From Malacoraja senta (lineage: Eukaryota), in assembly GCA_038087875.1 (NCBI GenBank), contig JAXLNO010000446.1, positions 682,001 to 746,000 of the forward strand: a DNA stretch of 64,000 nucleotides, given 5' to 3'. How positions within the stretch are numbered: position 1 is the stretch's first letter; each line of letters opens with the position of its first letter. The position numbers and the translations under genes are program-made. Positions 35,901 through 48,140 of this stretch are shown one piece after another. The notes under the pieces were generated by a model, which saw only the letters and a list, made by a program, of their open reading frames with translations, did not search any database and was not told where the DNA came from.

Positions 35901-37268
35901 TGTGAGGTGTAAGTGTTCTCCATTGATCCTCACAGATGTTGTGCGCTTTGTTTTCTGATTCAGTTTGTTCTCACGCATGGCTAGAAACATAGAGCATCAT
36001 GTACGTTAAGAGATATTTTCTCAAAGAATGCATTTTGAAGGCCTTTTAGCTTTTGTTGTGGGAAATCGATGGTCTTGCCACAATCACTTTCCTGACCTCT
36101 TTATCTCCGTTTCTATCAATCAAACAAACATCGACCCTTGCTGCTAAAGAAACTCAAAGAGGAGCTGGCAAGGCCATTACTTTTCAAAAATGCTCCATTA
36201 TTTTTCTCAACCTGATTCAGAAAAATAAGTTCTTCCGTGACGATGGCTTACAATCTGGTATACATTCTGTATCTATACACTGTGGACGGCTTGATTGGAA
36301 TCACGTATAGTCTGTCCAGTTCACTTTAGTTTATTGTCACGTGTACCGAGGTACAGTGAAAAGCTTTTGTTGTGTGCTGGCCAGTCAGCAGAAAGACAAT
36401 ACATGATTACAATTGAGCCATTTACAGTGTACAGATACATGATAAGGGAATAACGTTTAGTGCAAGATAAAGCCAGCAAAGGATAGTCGGAGGGTCACCA
36501 ATGAGGTAGATAGTAGTTCAGCACTGCTCTCTGGTTGTGGTAGGATGGTTTAAGTTCCTGATAACAGCCGGGAAGAAACTGTCCCTGAATCTGGAGGTGT
36601 GCGCATTTTCACACTTCTGTACCTCTTGCCTGATGGGAGAGGGGAGAAGAGGGAGTGGCCGGGGTGAGACTGGTCCTTGATTATGCTGCTGGCCTTGCCG
36701 AGGCAGCGTGAGGTATAAATGGAGTCAATGGAAAAGAGGTTGGTTTGTGTGATGGTCTGGGCTGCGTCCACAATTCGCTGCAATTTCTTAGGGTTTTGGA
36801 TGGAGCTTTTCTCAAACCGCGATGCATGCCGATAAATTGCTTTCCGCTGGCTGGTTAGAATGCAACAAAAGCTTTTCACTGTATCTCAGCACACGTGGCA
36901 ATAAACTAAACTCAACTGTTCTTTTAGTTTGGTTTAGACACAACGTGGAAACAGGCCCTTCGTCCCACTGAGTCAGCAGCGACCATCGATCACCCATTCA
37001 CACTAGTTCTATGTTATCCCACTTACTCATCCACTCCCTATCCATTAGGATGTGGGAGGAAACCGGAGCACCCGGAGAAACCCACTCGGTCACAGGGAGA
37101 ACTGGGAAAACTCCACACACAGACAGAACCCGAGGTCAGGATCGAACCTGTGACTCCAGTGCTGTGAGGCAGTGGCTCTACTCGATGTGCCACTGTACCA
37201 CCTGTTTATCACAACGAAGAGAAGTAGAGGAACAGTAACACTGGGCTAATGTTACCGCACTGCTCAAA

Positions 37269-37830
37269 GGCAGCATCTGTGGAGAACATGGATAGGTGAC
37301 GTTTCACAGAGTGCTGGAGTAACTCAGCGGGTCAGGCAGCATCTGTGGAGAACATGGATAGGTGACGTTTCACAGAGTGCTGGAGTAACTCAGCGGGTCA
37401 GGCAGCATCTGTGGAGAACATGGATAGGTGACGTTTCACAGAGTGCTGGAGTAACTCAGCGGGTCAGGCAGCATCTGTGGAGAACATGGATGGGTGATGT
37501 TTCACAGAGTGCTGGAGTAACTCAGCGGGTCAGGCAGCATTTGTGGAGCGAAGGAAATGGGCAAGCTTTCGGGCCGAAACCCTGAAGGAAATAGGCAACG
37601 TTTTGGGCCGAAACCCGGAAGGGTTTCAGGCCGAAACGTTGCCTATTTCCTTCGCTCTATAGATGCTGCCGGAACATGGATAGGTGACGTTTCACAGAGT
37701 GCTGGAGTAACTCAGCGGGTCAGGCAGCATCTGTGGAGAAACATGGATGGGTGATGTTTCACAGAGTGCTGGAGTAACTCAGCGGGTCAGGCAGCATCTG
37801 TGGAGAACATGGATAGGTGACGTTTCAGGT
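37269..37830. repeat. 66-bp array with palindromic interruption (about 37549-37671)
   Basis: Read directly from sequence. Confidence 0.95.
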
Positions 37831-38156
37831 CGGGAATCTTTCTTCGGAAGAGGGTGGGGAGAAAGATCGAAGAGAGGGAGGAACAGGACAAAGATCGATG
37901 TGGTTGGTCCACGATAGATCTTTGGTAAAACTAACACCAAGAAACTTGAAGCTCTCAACCATTTGTGTTCACAAAACACCAAACTTCGTCCGTGAAGTAC
38001 ACGACGGGACCGTCAACCCTCCTGAAGATCCGTCGGTCGGCGTAACCGAGAGGGAGCTGGAGACGTGGGACGTGAGGAGCAAGGACTGGGGTAATGTTCC
38101 AGCGCCTTCATGGTTGGCTGCAGGTGGCCCCCCGGGTCACAGAGATGGCCAGGCGA

Positions 38157-38650
38157 TGAGAGGAGAGGAGAGGAGAGAGGTGGAGAGAGGAGAGGAGAGG
38201 AGAGGAGAGGAGAGGAGAAGAGAGGAGAGGAGACGAGATGAGAGGAGAGGAGAGGAGACGAGAGGAGACGAGAGGAGATGAGAGGAGAGGAGACGAGAGG
38301 AGAGGAGACGAGAGGAGATGAGAGGAGAGGAGACGAGAGGAGAGGAGACGAGACGAGAGGAGAGGAGATCAGGAGAGAAGAGAGGAGTGAAAAAGATGAG
38401 AGGGGTGGAGAGGAGAGGATGGGGTGGAGAGCAGAGGAGACAAGACGAGAGGAGACGAGATGAGACGAGACGAGAGGAGAGGAGAGGAGAGGAGAAGGGA
38501 GGAGTGAAGAAGAGGAGAGGAGTGGAGAGGAGAGGAGTGGGGTGGAGAGGAGACGAGACGAGACGAGAGGAGAGGAGAGGAGAGGAGTGGAGAGGAGAAG
38601 GGATGAGTGAAGAAGAGGAGAGGAGAGGAGTGGAGAGGAGAGGAGAGGGA
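38157..38650. repeat. Purine-rich (GAGAG/GAGGA)n pentanucleotide repeat
   Basis: Read directly from sequence. Confidence 0.97.
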
Positions 38651-39574
38651 CGTCGGTTCACGGGTACTGTCAAAGTCAAAGTCAATTTTATTGGTCACAT
38701 ACACCCGAAGGTGCAGTGAAATGAATTTGCCAGCAGCGATACACTTAAAAAGAACACAATACACAATAAGATTGAATACAAACATCCACCACAGCATTCT
38801 TCACTGTGGTGGAAGGCAAGTTCAGCCAGTCCTCCTCCCTTGTTCACCCGTAGTCGGGCCATGAACTGCTCCAGTACATCGAGCGAGCGGGCCGACCGGA
38901 CTTTGGACTTTGAATAATGGAACCAAAACACGGCGGTGTCCACATGTGTGATAGACTTTGTGTAAAATAACTCCACTGTGCAGTTAGTTGCATGTGTGAC
39001 AGATAAAGCAGCATTGAATTATTGAACTATTGTGAAGCTCTCTACCTTTTGTCAGGGGTATATATCTTGGGTCTTCCATTAAATGCTGCAGTGAAATATA
39101 GAGCCCAGATTTAAATGCTAATCAGCACAGTTTCAGTGACTTGGCACAAGCAGTGTTAAATGACAAGAAATGATTCTTCCAGCCTCTATTGGAGATGGAG
39201 TGGCGAATTAAAGACATCATAATCAGCGCTACTGAAAATAAAACATATACCTAGGACTGTTATAAAGCGTACTTACTGAGACCGCTAGTGATTAAATATC
39301 AAACTTATTTAATACCATCCAGAGTTACAGACTGTAAAATTGATAGTTGGATCACATTAAGTAGAAAAGCTGTTTATAAATTAAGTCAGGCTGCACAGTC
39401 AATAAAATCTGTTTGCTCACTTATTTCTCTCCAGTGAAGTTGCACGGCTGGTAAATAAAACAAGAGGCCAGGGTCTGTTTCCAGCTGGTGTTCGCTGCTG
39501 AGCAAGTGGGCCAAGAAGTGGCAAATGCAGTTTAATTCGGAGAAGTGTAAAGGCATTTTCTTTTATTCCCCTCA

Positions 39575-40655
39575 TCTCTATAACACTAAAAGTCTTCCCA
39601 TTGTTTGTGTTTGTGCCCACGATGTGTCTCTGTGTCAATCTGGTTTTCCTATCTTCTTCCAAATGCTAGGCCACAGCCTTCCCATTTTCATGCATCCTAC
39701 TCACATTTTTCCCGTGGTGGCAATAAACATCTTCCCGTCGCATTCCCAACTATATTTCTGAAGTTATTAATCCTTGAAATTTTTAAAAACAGCAGCAGAA
39801 ACTCACCCGTTTCGGATAAAAAGAAATCCGAATGACATCACAATCCACTCGCAAGGCAGGATGGGACACTCCGGGAGATAGGGGCACTCCAGCGCTCGGG
39901 GTGAATGAGGAGTGGCGGCGGCTCCCGGCACCCGACGGCCAACCGGTACCTGGTGGGGTGGGTGGTGCCACGAAGCCGAGCCCGGAGACTGGGCCTGAGC
40001 TGGAGCCGAGCCTGGTGCTGGAGCTGGAGTGAGGGCCGAGCCCGGGGCTTGGGATGGGGCCGTGTCCCTGGGCCGAGAAAGAAGCCGCCGCTGGAACCAA
40101 GGACGAGCCTGGGTCAGGGATAAGCCCGGAGATGAAGTCGGGGCCTGGACTGGAGCCCAGGCGGCGGCCGAGCTGACGGTTGGAGTCCACAGACAGTGCC
40201 GGGCCAAGTACAAGAACCAGGCCGAGTTCCAGGCCCTGGCGCTGCTCTACGACCTGGGTAGGTGCTGGGGCAGGGAATGGGTGAGGGGAGGAGGATGAGG
40301 GAAATGGGGAGGAGGGAGATGGGGTGGGAAGTGGGGTGGAGAGGGGAAAGATCCTGGGGAGGTGAGGAGGGAGAGTGGGGCAATTGAGGGAGAGGAGAGG
40401 GTAGGTAGTTGCCATGTCTACACTCCCTCTCTCGCCCCCTCCCTCTCTACCCCCCTCCCTCACTACCCTCCTCCCTCTCTACCCCCCCTCCCTCTCTAGG
40501 GATTGAAGAGGAGAAGGAGGGAGTGCAGGGGCATGAGGAGAAATGAGCCGCAGTTGGGGGCTATGTGTTGTGGTGCAATATTGCGTTGGGGGAACGGGTG
40601 AGTGGTGGAATCTTGCATTGGGGAAGCAGACCCAACGGGTCTGCACTTGGTCTAG
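39575..40655 (+). mobile_element. Non-autonomous Helitron carrying a GC-rich exon-like cargo
   Basis: 5' TCTCTATAACACTAAAAGTC is homologous to the other Helitron heads. Hairpin GCAGACCC-AAC-GGGTCTGC followed by CTAG. Inserted at A|T in a CR1 fragment that rejoins (TATTCCCCTCA|TGATCT; compare 31524-31540). Confidence 0.88.
39832..40257 (+). pseudogene. Captured coding-like exon fragment of an unidentified gene
   Basis: ATG-led Pro/Gly/Glu-rich frame with an internal TGA, then an apparent frameshift into AAAELTVGVHRQCRAKYKNQAEFQALALLYDL with strongly GC3-biased codons. Ends at donor G|GTAGGT. Confidence 0.5.
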
Positions 40656-41127
40656 TGATCTAATACATCGCTATCAGATCACCCTCAGCCTCCTGTGCTC
40701 CAAGGTGCAAAGTCCTACCTCATTTTTTTAATAGAGATACTGCTTGTAGACAGGCCCTTCGGCCCACTGAGTCGTTGCCGACCAGCGATCACCCCGTACA
40801 GTAGCACTATCCAACATACACTATGGACAATGTACAATTTACCAGAAGCTGATTAACCTGCAAACTTTACGTCTTTGGAGTGTGGGAGGAATCCAGAGCA
40901 CCTGGAGAAAGCCCACGCAGTCTCAGAGAGAACGTACAAACTCTGTACAGACAGCACCCGTAGTCTGGATCAAACCCAGGTCTCTGGCGCTATAGGGCAG
41001 CAACTCTACCGCAGTGCCATCGTGCTGCCTCTAAAATGTCTCAACAGGGTCTTCTTTCCCCTCTGATGCTGCCAAGCCCATTCCCTGTGCTGTGGTTTTG
41101 CCAGATATCAGATAGGGACAGAGGGGG

Positions 41128-41876
41128 TAGGGTTCGCCAACTTTCTCACTCCCAAATAAGGGACAAATGGTCAAAATACAGGACAAATTCCTGACGGCAA
41201 TTCGTTGACCGACTCGGCCGTGGCTGGGTGAATGATGAGTTGGCCCCGGGTGCTGGACTGCACACAAAGCCCAGTCAGCGGGCCAGCTGAGGAGTTTTGG
41301 CCCGGGGCCGCGCGACGTCACGCGCAAAGTCCGGCGCCCCATGCAACTCATGAACCGGTGATCGGCCAGGAGAAGGAAGGGTGGTGGTGGTGTCGGTGGT
41401 CAGACAGCTGGCCGGGCTGCCGACCGACGGGGGCCACGGGCGAGATGCTGCTGCTGCTGCTGCTGCACTCCATGGGCTGTACTACGTCGGGACGGGCGAG
41501 GCGGGGCTGGACGCGGCGCTCCGACCCTCTGCCACAGAGGGTAGTTGAGGCCAGTTCATTGGCTATATTTAAGAGGGAGTTAGATGTGGCCCTTGTGGCT
41601 AAAGGGATCAGGGGGTATGGAGAGAAGGCAGGTACGGGATACTGAGTTGGATGATCAGCCATGATCATATTGAATGGCGGTGCAGGCTCGAAGGGCCGAA
41701 TGGCCTACTCCTGCACCTATTTTCTATGTATCTATGTATCTATGACCCGACCCGACAGTCCCCTCGACCCGAGTAGTAGCAGTCAAATACGGGACAAGGG
41801 CGGTCCCGTATGGGACAAACCAATTTAGCCCAATATACGGGATGTCCTGGCTAATACGGGACAGTTGGCAACCCTA
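41128..41876. mobile_element. hAT-like non-autonomous DNA transposon, with a CR1 tail inserted at 41528-41742
   Basis: TIRs TAGGGTTCGCCAAC / GTTGGCAACCCTA. Degenerate 8-bp TSD AGAGGGGG / AGTGGGAG. Subterminal GGGACA repeats. Confidence 0.75.
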
Positions 41877-44800
41877 AGTGGGAGCCTCCATACTGTTTAT
41901 CACCCACTTGTGCACAGATGCAGCAATGTACCGTGCTGCCATCAGATGGCAGCAGACGGCAGCTGTAATCTCTGCTGCTTGTGCAGCTGAGCAGAGAGGA
42001 GATTTCCATGACTGCCACTGTTTGCAGTTTGTAAGCAGCAATGGACACTACGCTAAATGTAATTTTTAGTTCAGAGATTGGAAGATTTTGTTCCAGAGGA
42101 GGTTTACATAGAATGAACCCGGGGATGAGTGGGTTAACATATGATGAACGTTTGCCGGCACTGGGCCTCTACTCGTTGGAGTTTAGAAGAATGAGGGTGG
42201 GGACCTCATTGAAACTTACCGAATAGTGAAAGGCCTGGATAGAGTGGATGTGGAGAGGATGTTTCCACGAGGACCAGAGGGCACAGCCTCAGAATTAAAG
42301 GACGTTCCTTTAGGAAGGAGATGAGGAGGAATTTCTTTAGTCAGAGGGTGGTGAATCTGTGGAATTCATTGCCACAGACGGCTGTGGAGGCCAAGTCAGT
42401 GGATATTTTTAAGGCAGAGATGGATAGATTCTTGATTAGTACGGGTGTCAGGGGTTATGGGGAGAAGGCAGGAGAATGAGGTTCGGAGGGAGAGATAGAT
42501 CAGCCATGATTGAATAGCAGAGTAGATTTGATAGGCATAATTCTGCTCCTATCACTTATGAGCTTCCGACCCTCAGTTAGGTCCTTCCGTTAGTTCCCTG
42601 TTGAATTGCCTTTTGAGCAGCTTGCAAGACCATTTCAGCTGCAGTTAAAGTCAGCCCCAGTGGTCTAATCAGGTTTAGACAGATGATGGAATTCATTCCC
42701 TGAAGGACCTTGGCGAACCAGGGGAATATCTCAGTATATTGGCCCTTTCGTGATCACTGATAATATATTCTCATTTAAATCCAGATTTATTTTTAAAATT
42801 GCGGAGGTGGGATTTGAACTAACGTCTCCAATCAATGAGCCAAGTCTCTGGACACGGGCTGAGTAAGTGAAGCAACATCGCAGTAATCTACTCGCTCTGA
42901 CCCACTCAGTGTCTGAGGGACTGTCAGGTGAGTGAGGTTAACATTGATCTTGTTGTATCTGTCCTGCTGAACAGCTGTCGATACTGGTGCATGCACATAG
43001 GGACAAGCTCAACCTGTCTTTATACTTAAGACAGACACAAAAAGCTGGAGTAACTCCATCTGCCAGAGGAGATAATTGAGGCAGGTACTATAAATTTTGG
43101 AAAGACTTTTGGACAGGTACATAGATGGACAATAGACAATAGGTGCAGGAGTAGGCCATTCGGCCCTTCGAGCCAGCACCGCCATTCAATGTGATCAAGG
43201 CTGATCGTCCCCAATCAGTATCCCGTTCCTGCCTTCTCCCCATATCCCCTATCTTTAAGAGCCCTATCTAGCTCTCTCCTGAAAGTATCCAGAGAACCTG
43301 CCTCCACCGCCCTCTGAGGCAGAGAATTCCACAGACTCACCACTCTCCGTGAGAAAAAGTGTTTCCTCGTCTCCGTTCTAAATGGCTTACCCCTTATTCT
43401 TAAACTGTGTCCCCTGGTTCTGGATTCCCCATGGGACAGGTTTAGAGGGATATGGGCCAAACGCAAGCAGGTGGGCTAGTGTAGATGGGAAATGTTGGTC
43501 AGTAGACAATAGACAATAGGTGCAGGAGTAGGCCATTCGGCCCTTCAGGCCAGCACCGCCATTCATTGGTCGTTGTGGGCAAGTTGGGCCGAAGGGCCTG
43601 TTTCCATGCTGGATGACTCTATAACTCTAGGGGGGAGTGTATTGGCTGCTACAGTGGTAAAAACTCCTCTGCACTTGTCTGAGTTACTCCATTAAACTTA
43701 AAGTGCCTGCTCGCCAGAGTGTTGATGTAACGATATGTGAACACGAGCAGTGGCCCAGATTTAATTGCCAAGTCGCGGAGGTGGCTGAGCCATGGAATCG
43801 GAGACAAGCGAGCTGCACTGGGTCAGGCTGACATCTTACTCCAGCAAGGAGTGTCCGCCATGAGTGAACCAAGGCCAGCGTGCGAAAAATCCCTGGACAA
43901 GCAGAAAATCAGTCATGTTTTATTGTTATCAAGCAGTAGGTTGAAGGCACTGGGGGACAGTTTAGTTTAGTTTATTAATGTCAAGATATGGTGATAAGCC
44001 ACCAAGGCACACCCTGCTCGCCCCCCCCCAAAGACCAGAGGCCGGGAGGGAGAGGGACGCGGTGGTGATGACGGACATGAGGGGCGAGGAGTGAGGCTGG
44101 AGGAGAGGAGAGAGACCCGGGGTCTGTCCCACCGTGCCATCGAGGTCGGCTGTGGAGGCTCCCATCCCTCCGTGAGCAGAGGTGGAGGGGCGAGGAGGGG
44201 GACGGGGCTTCACTGGTCGACCAACACGACCAAGGAAGGTGATGGCTGGAAGGCCCTGCAGCAGCCTGGGACTCGCCTGGATCGGGCACCGCCCACAACA
44301 ACTAGAGCGCCTACTGGACTCTGAAAATGGGGCCAAAACATGGCGCCTCTTGCACGCGGGATGAGTGGACTATTTCTGTACACTGGCTCATTGCGGACGC
44401 GCTTAACGGTGTTTCAGAGGCTTTTAGTTAGCCACAAGGATATGAGGGGTGATCTTACAGAAGTGTACAAAATCACGAGAGGAATAGACGCACAGTATCT
44501 CTTGCCCAGTGTAGGGGAATCGAGAACCAGAGGACACAGGTTTAAGGTGAGAGGGGGAAACAATTAACAGGAACCTGAGGGGCAGCGTTTTCACACAGAG
44601 GGTGACGGGCGCATGGAATAAGCTGCAGGTGATCCATATCCCTCCATTCCCAGCATAACCATGTGCCTATCCAAAAGCTTCAACACCACTATCGTATCTG
44701 CCTCCTCCACCACTACCCCCAGCAGCACGTTCCAGGCACCCACCACTCTCTGTGTGAAAAACCTGCCCCGCACATCTCCTTTAAACTTTGCGCCTCTCAC

Positions 44801-46276
44801 CTTATAGCTACACTCTAGTCTTTGATTCTTCCACACTGGCTGATTCTGACTGACTGTCCGAGGGGATCCCAACCTTTATCGTCCCGTTTATCCCCTGGCA
44901 ACTTTAATAGCACGTAACAATGTTATTCCACTTATTTATGAACAACTAATGATGAACAGATACCATGTATACCAGAACCAAACACAGTCAGTCAATGAGA
45001 AACAATATCTACAAATCCACAATCAACAAATTTACCCCCTGGGGAGGAGAAATTTACCATTTGGGAGTAAATTTACGATAGACAATAGGCGCAGGAGTAG
45101 GCCATTCGGCCCCTCGGCCCAGCACCGCCATTCAATGTGATCATGGCTGATCATCCACAATCAGTACCCCGTTCCTGCCTTCTCCCCATATCCCCTGACT
45201 CCACCATCTTTAAGAGCTCTATCTAACTCTCTCTTAAAAGCATCAGAGAACCGTCCTCCACCGCCCTCTGAGGCAGAGAATTCCACAGACTCACCACTCT
45301 CTGTGTGAAAAAGTGTTTCCTCGTCTCCGTTCTAAATGGCTTACCCCTTATTCATAAACTGTCGCCCCTGGTTCTGGACTCCCCAACATCAGGAACATGT
45401 TTCCTGCCCCTAGCGTGTCCAAACCCTTAATAATCTTATATATTTCAATAAGATACCCTCTCATCCTTCTAAATTCCAGAGTGTACAAGCCCAGCCGCTC
45501 CATTCTCTCAGCATATGACAGTCCCGCCATCCCGAGAATTAACCCAGGTTGGGAACCCTTGGTCTACCCTATCAATGTCTCTCATAATTTTATATACTTC
45601 TATTAGATCCTCCCCGCAACTACGAGATTACAGAAAGAACAATCCAAGTCTGTCCGACCTCTTCCAGGAGTTAATATCCACTAATCAAGGCATCATTCTG
45701 ATAAACCTCCTCTGCACCCTCTCCAACGCCTCCACATCCTTCCTGTAATAAGGCAACCAGAACTGCACGCAATACTCCAGATCTCTTAATGCTATAAAGC
45801 CCTGCATCATGCCTCACTGACTTCATACCCAGTGCCCGGATTAATGAAGGCACACCGTTCCACTACATCTAGGTGTTGCCACTTTCATTGGACCGGAAGG
45901 GTTTAGAGGGATATGGGGTGAATGCAAGCAAATGGGACTAGCCCAGTATGCCAACTTTCACCACATGGACAAGGTGGGCCGAATGGCCTGTTTACATGCT
46001 GTACAGTGCTATGACTCTAAGGCATTCTGAGTTCCTCCAGTTACTATGATAGTCCTCCCCCAACCCACCTCCCCCCCCCCCCCCCAATTCCTCTCTGTGT
46101 CAAACACTTGCCCTGCACCTGGCCATTACACTTTGCCCCTGTCACCTTAATGCTCTGTCCTCTAGTCTGACATTTCAACCCTGGGATAAAGGCTCACAGC
46201 CAACCTCATACACTTAAGACTTCAGATATAGAGCGCGGAAACAGGCCCTTCAGCCCACCATGCGCATGCCAGCCAG

Positions 46277-46380
46277 TGTAGATTAACCCTTATTAATTCA
46301 TGCCATTTATAACCTTCCCTACACATATGTGCGAGCCACCCTTTACATGGTATTACGGTACTACACAAGGTCAGTTAACT

Positions 46381-46468
<88 letters not shown>

Positions 46469-47136
46469 GCTAGATGTGAGCAGCTGGCTGTTTGTGAATG
46501 ATCCCACAGAAACACGCACATGGTGAAAATAAATCTTCATTCCGTAGGCAAACAGGAACATTCAAACAGCCAGCTGCTCACATCTATCTCTGCTGGCTTG
46601 TGTGTGTGTGACAGAGAGAGAGAGCTAGTTAGCTGACCTTGTGTGGTACCGTAATACCATGTGAAGGGTGGCATGCTCATATATGTGTGGTGAAGGTTAT
46701 AAATGGCATGAATTAATAAGGGTTAATCTACAAAACCAGACATTAGGCAGACGTCTATTCACAGCAAGTACTTCGACATTGTCCAGCTGCAGAAATAACC
46801 CTTCAACATGCAAAAGGAATGCTGTTCTGGCCGGACATGCTAACTACATTCTAGAGAAGGTTGCTGCCTGCCCGAACTGCAATAGCTTGACCCCGCACCA
46901 ACAGAAACAACCACTTCTCCCGCATCCCACTCCTGACACCATGTTTGTGCTCGCACACACACAAGCCAGCGGAGCTAGATGTGAGCAGCTGGCTGTTTGA
47001 ATGTTCCTCTTTGCCTATGGAATAGAGATTGACTTTCACCATGTGCGTGTTTCTGTGGATGATTCACTAACATGGTGTCAGAGTCTTCAATCACGTCTCC
47101 AACTCTTTTGCATGAATTAATAAGGGTTAATCTACA
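46277..47136. mobile_element. Fold-back Gypsy LTR/integrase-derived element inserted in a SINE
   Basis: 27-bp perfect terminal inverted repeats TGTAGATTAACCCTTATTAATTCATGC. Flanks GCCAG / ACCAG. Integrase zinc-domain fragment (LFWPDM; VAACPNCNSLTPHQQKQPL). PBS-like TGGTGTCAGA at 47073. Confidence 0.8.
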
Positions 47137-47227
47137 ACCAGTGATCACCTAACACTATCCTACACACTAGAGACAATTGTTTAAACAATTTTAACCAATG
47201 CCAATTAATGAAGTCTACAAACCTGTG

Positions 47228-48140
47228 TAGGAAGGAATTGCAGATGCTGGTTTAAATCAAAGATAGACACAAAGGTAGACACAAAATGCTGGAGTAACTC
47301 AGCGGGACAGGAGCATCTCTGGAGAGAAGGAATGGGCGACGTTTCGGGTCGAGACCCTTCTTTAGACTGACGTCAGGGAAGTGGGCGTGGCATAGAAAAG
47401 GAACTGTCTAGATAAGGAAGTGTAAGGTGCGAAAACAAGGCAAAGGGAATGGAGATCAAGGAAAATGTGGAATAGATCATTGTTAGCTGGGAGAAGGTTA
47501 CATCAAAGCAAACAGAGATAAAATGTAGTCGGAGACAGTCAGACTGGTGGGGGAACTGGGAAGGGGGAGTGGATGGAGAGAGAGGGAAAGCAAGGGCTAT
47601 TTGAAGTTAGAGGTCAATGTTCATACCGCTGGGGTGTAAGATGCCCAAGTGAAATATGAGATGCTGTTCCTCCAATTTGCGCTGGGCCTCACTCTGACAA
47701 TGGAGGAGGCCCAGTACAGAAAGGTCAGATTGGGAATGGGAGGGGGAGTTGAAGTGCTGAGCAACCGTGAGATCACATAGGTCTAGGCGGACTGAGCAGA
47801 GGTGTTCAGCGAAACGATCACCGAGCCTGCGCTTGGTCTCACCGATATACAGAAGTTGACACATGGAACAGCGGATACAGTGGATGAGGTTGGAGGAGGT
47901 TGGAGTGAACCTATGCCTCACCTGGAAAGACTCTCGGCGTCTTTGGATGGAGTCGAGGGGGGAGGTAAAGGGACAGGCGTTGTATCTCCTGCGGATGCAG
48001 GGGAATGTACCCGGGGAGGGGGTGTTTGGGTGGGAAGGGACGAGTTGACCAGGGAGTTGCGGAGGGTATGGTCTCTGTGGAAGGGGGGGGGGGGGCTGGG
48101 GGAGATGGGAAGATGTGGCCAGTAGTGGGATCCTGCGGAC
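47228..48140 (-). mobile_element. Penelope-like element 3' part (GIY-YIG endonuclease) with terminal repeat. Shorter piece near 53652-53865(+)
   Basis: IHCIRCSMCQLLYIGETKRRLGDRFAEHL...VAQHFN...RKLEEQHLIF...PSGMN, followed by a hammerhead-like terminal motif. Confidence 0.9.

Noticed and set aside
38137..38797. Arg/Glu/Gly-rich and Ser/Leu/Pro-rich ORFs
   Set aside because: Pentanucleotide repeat translations.
39832..40298. First exon and CpG island of a resident neighbouring gene
   Set aside because: Lies wholly within Helitron termini that split a CR1 fragment and has a stop and frameshift; reinterpreted as cargo.
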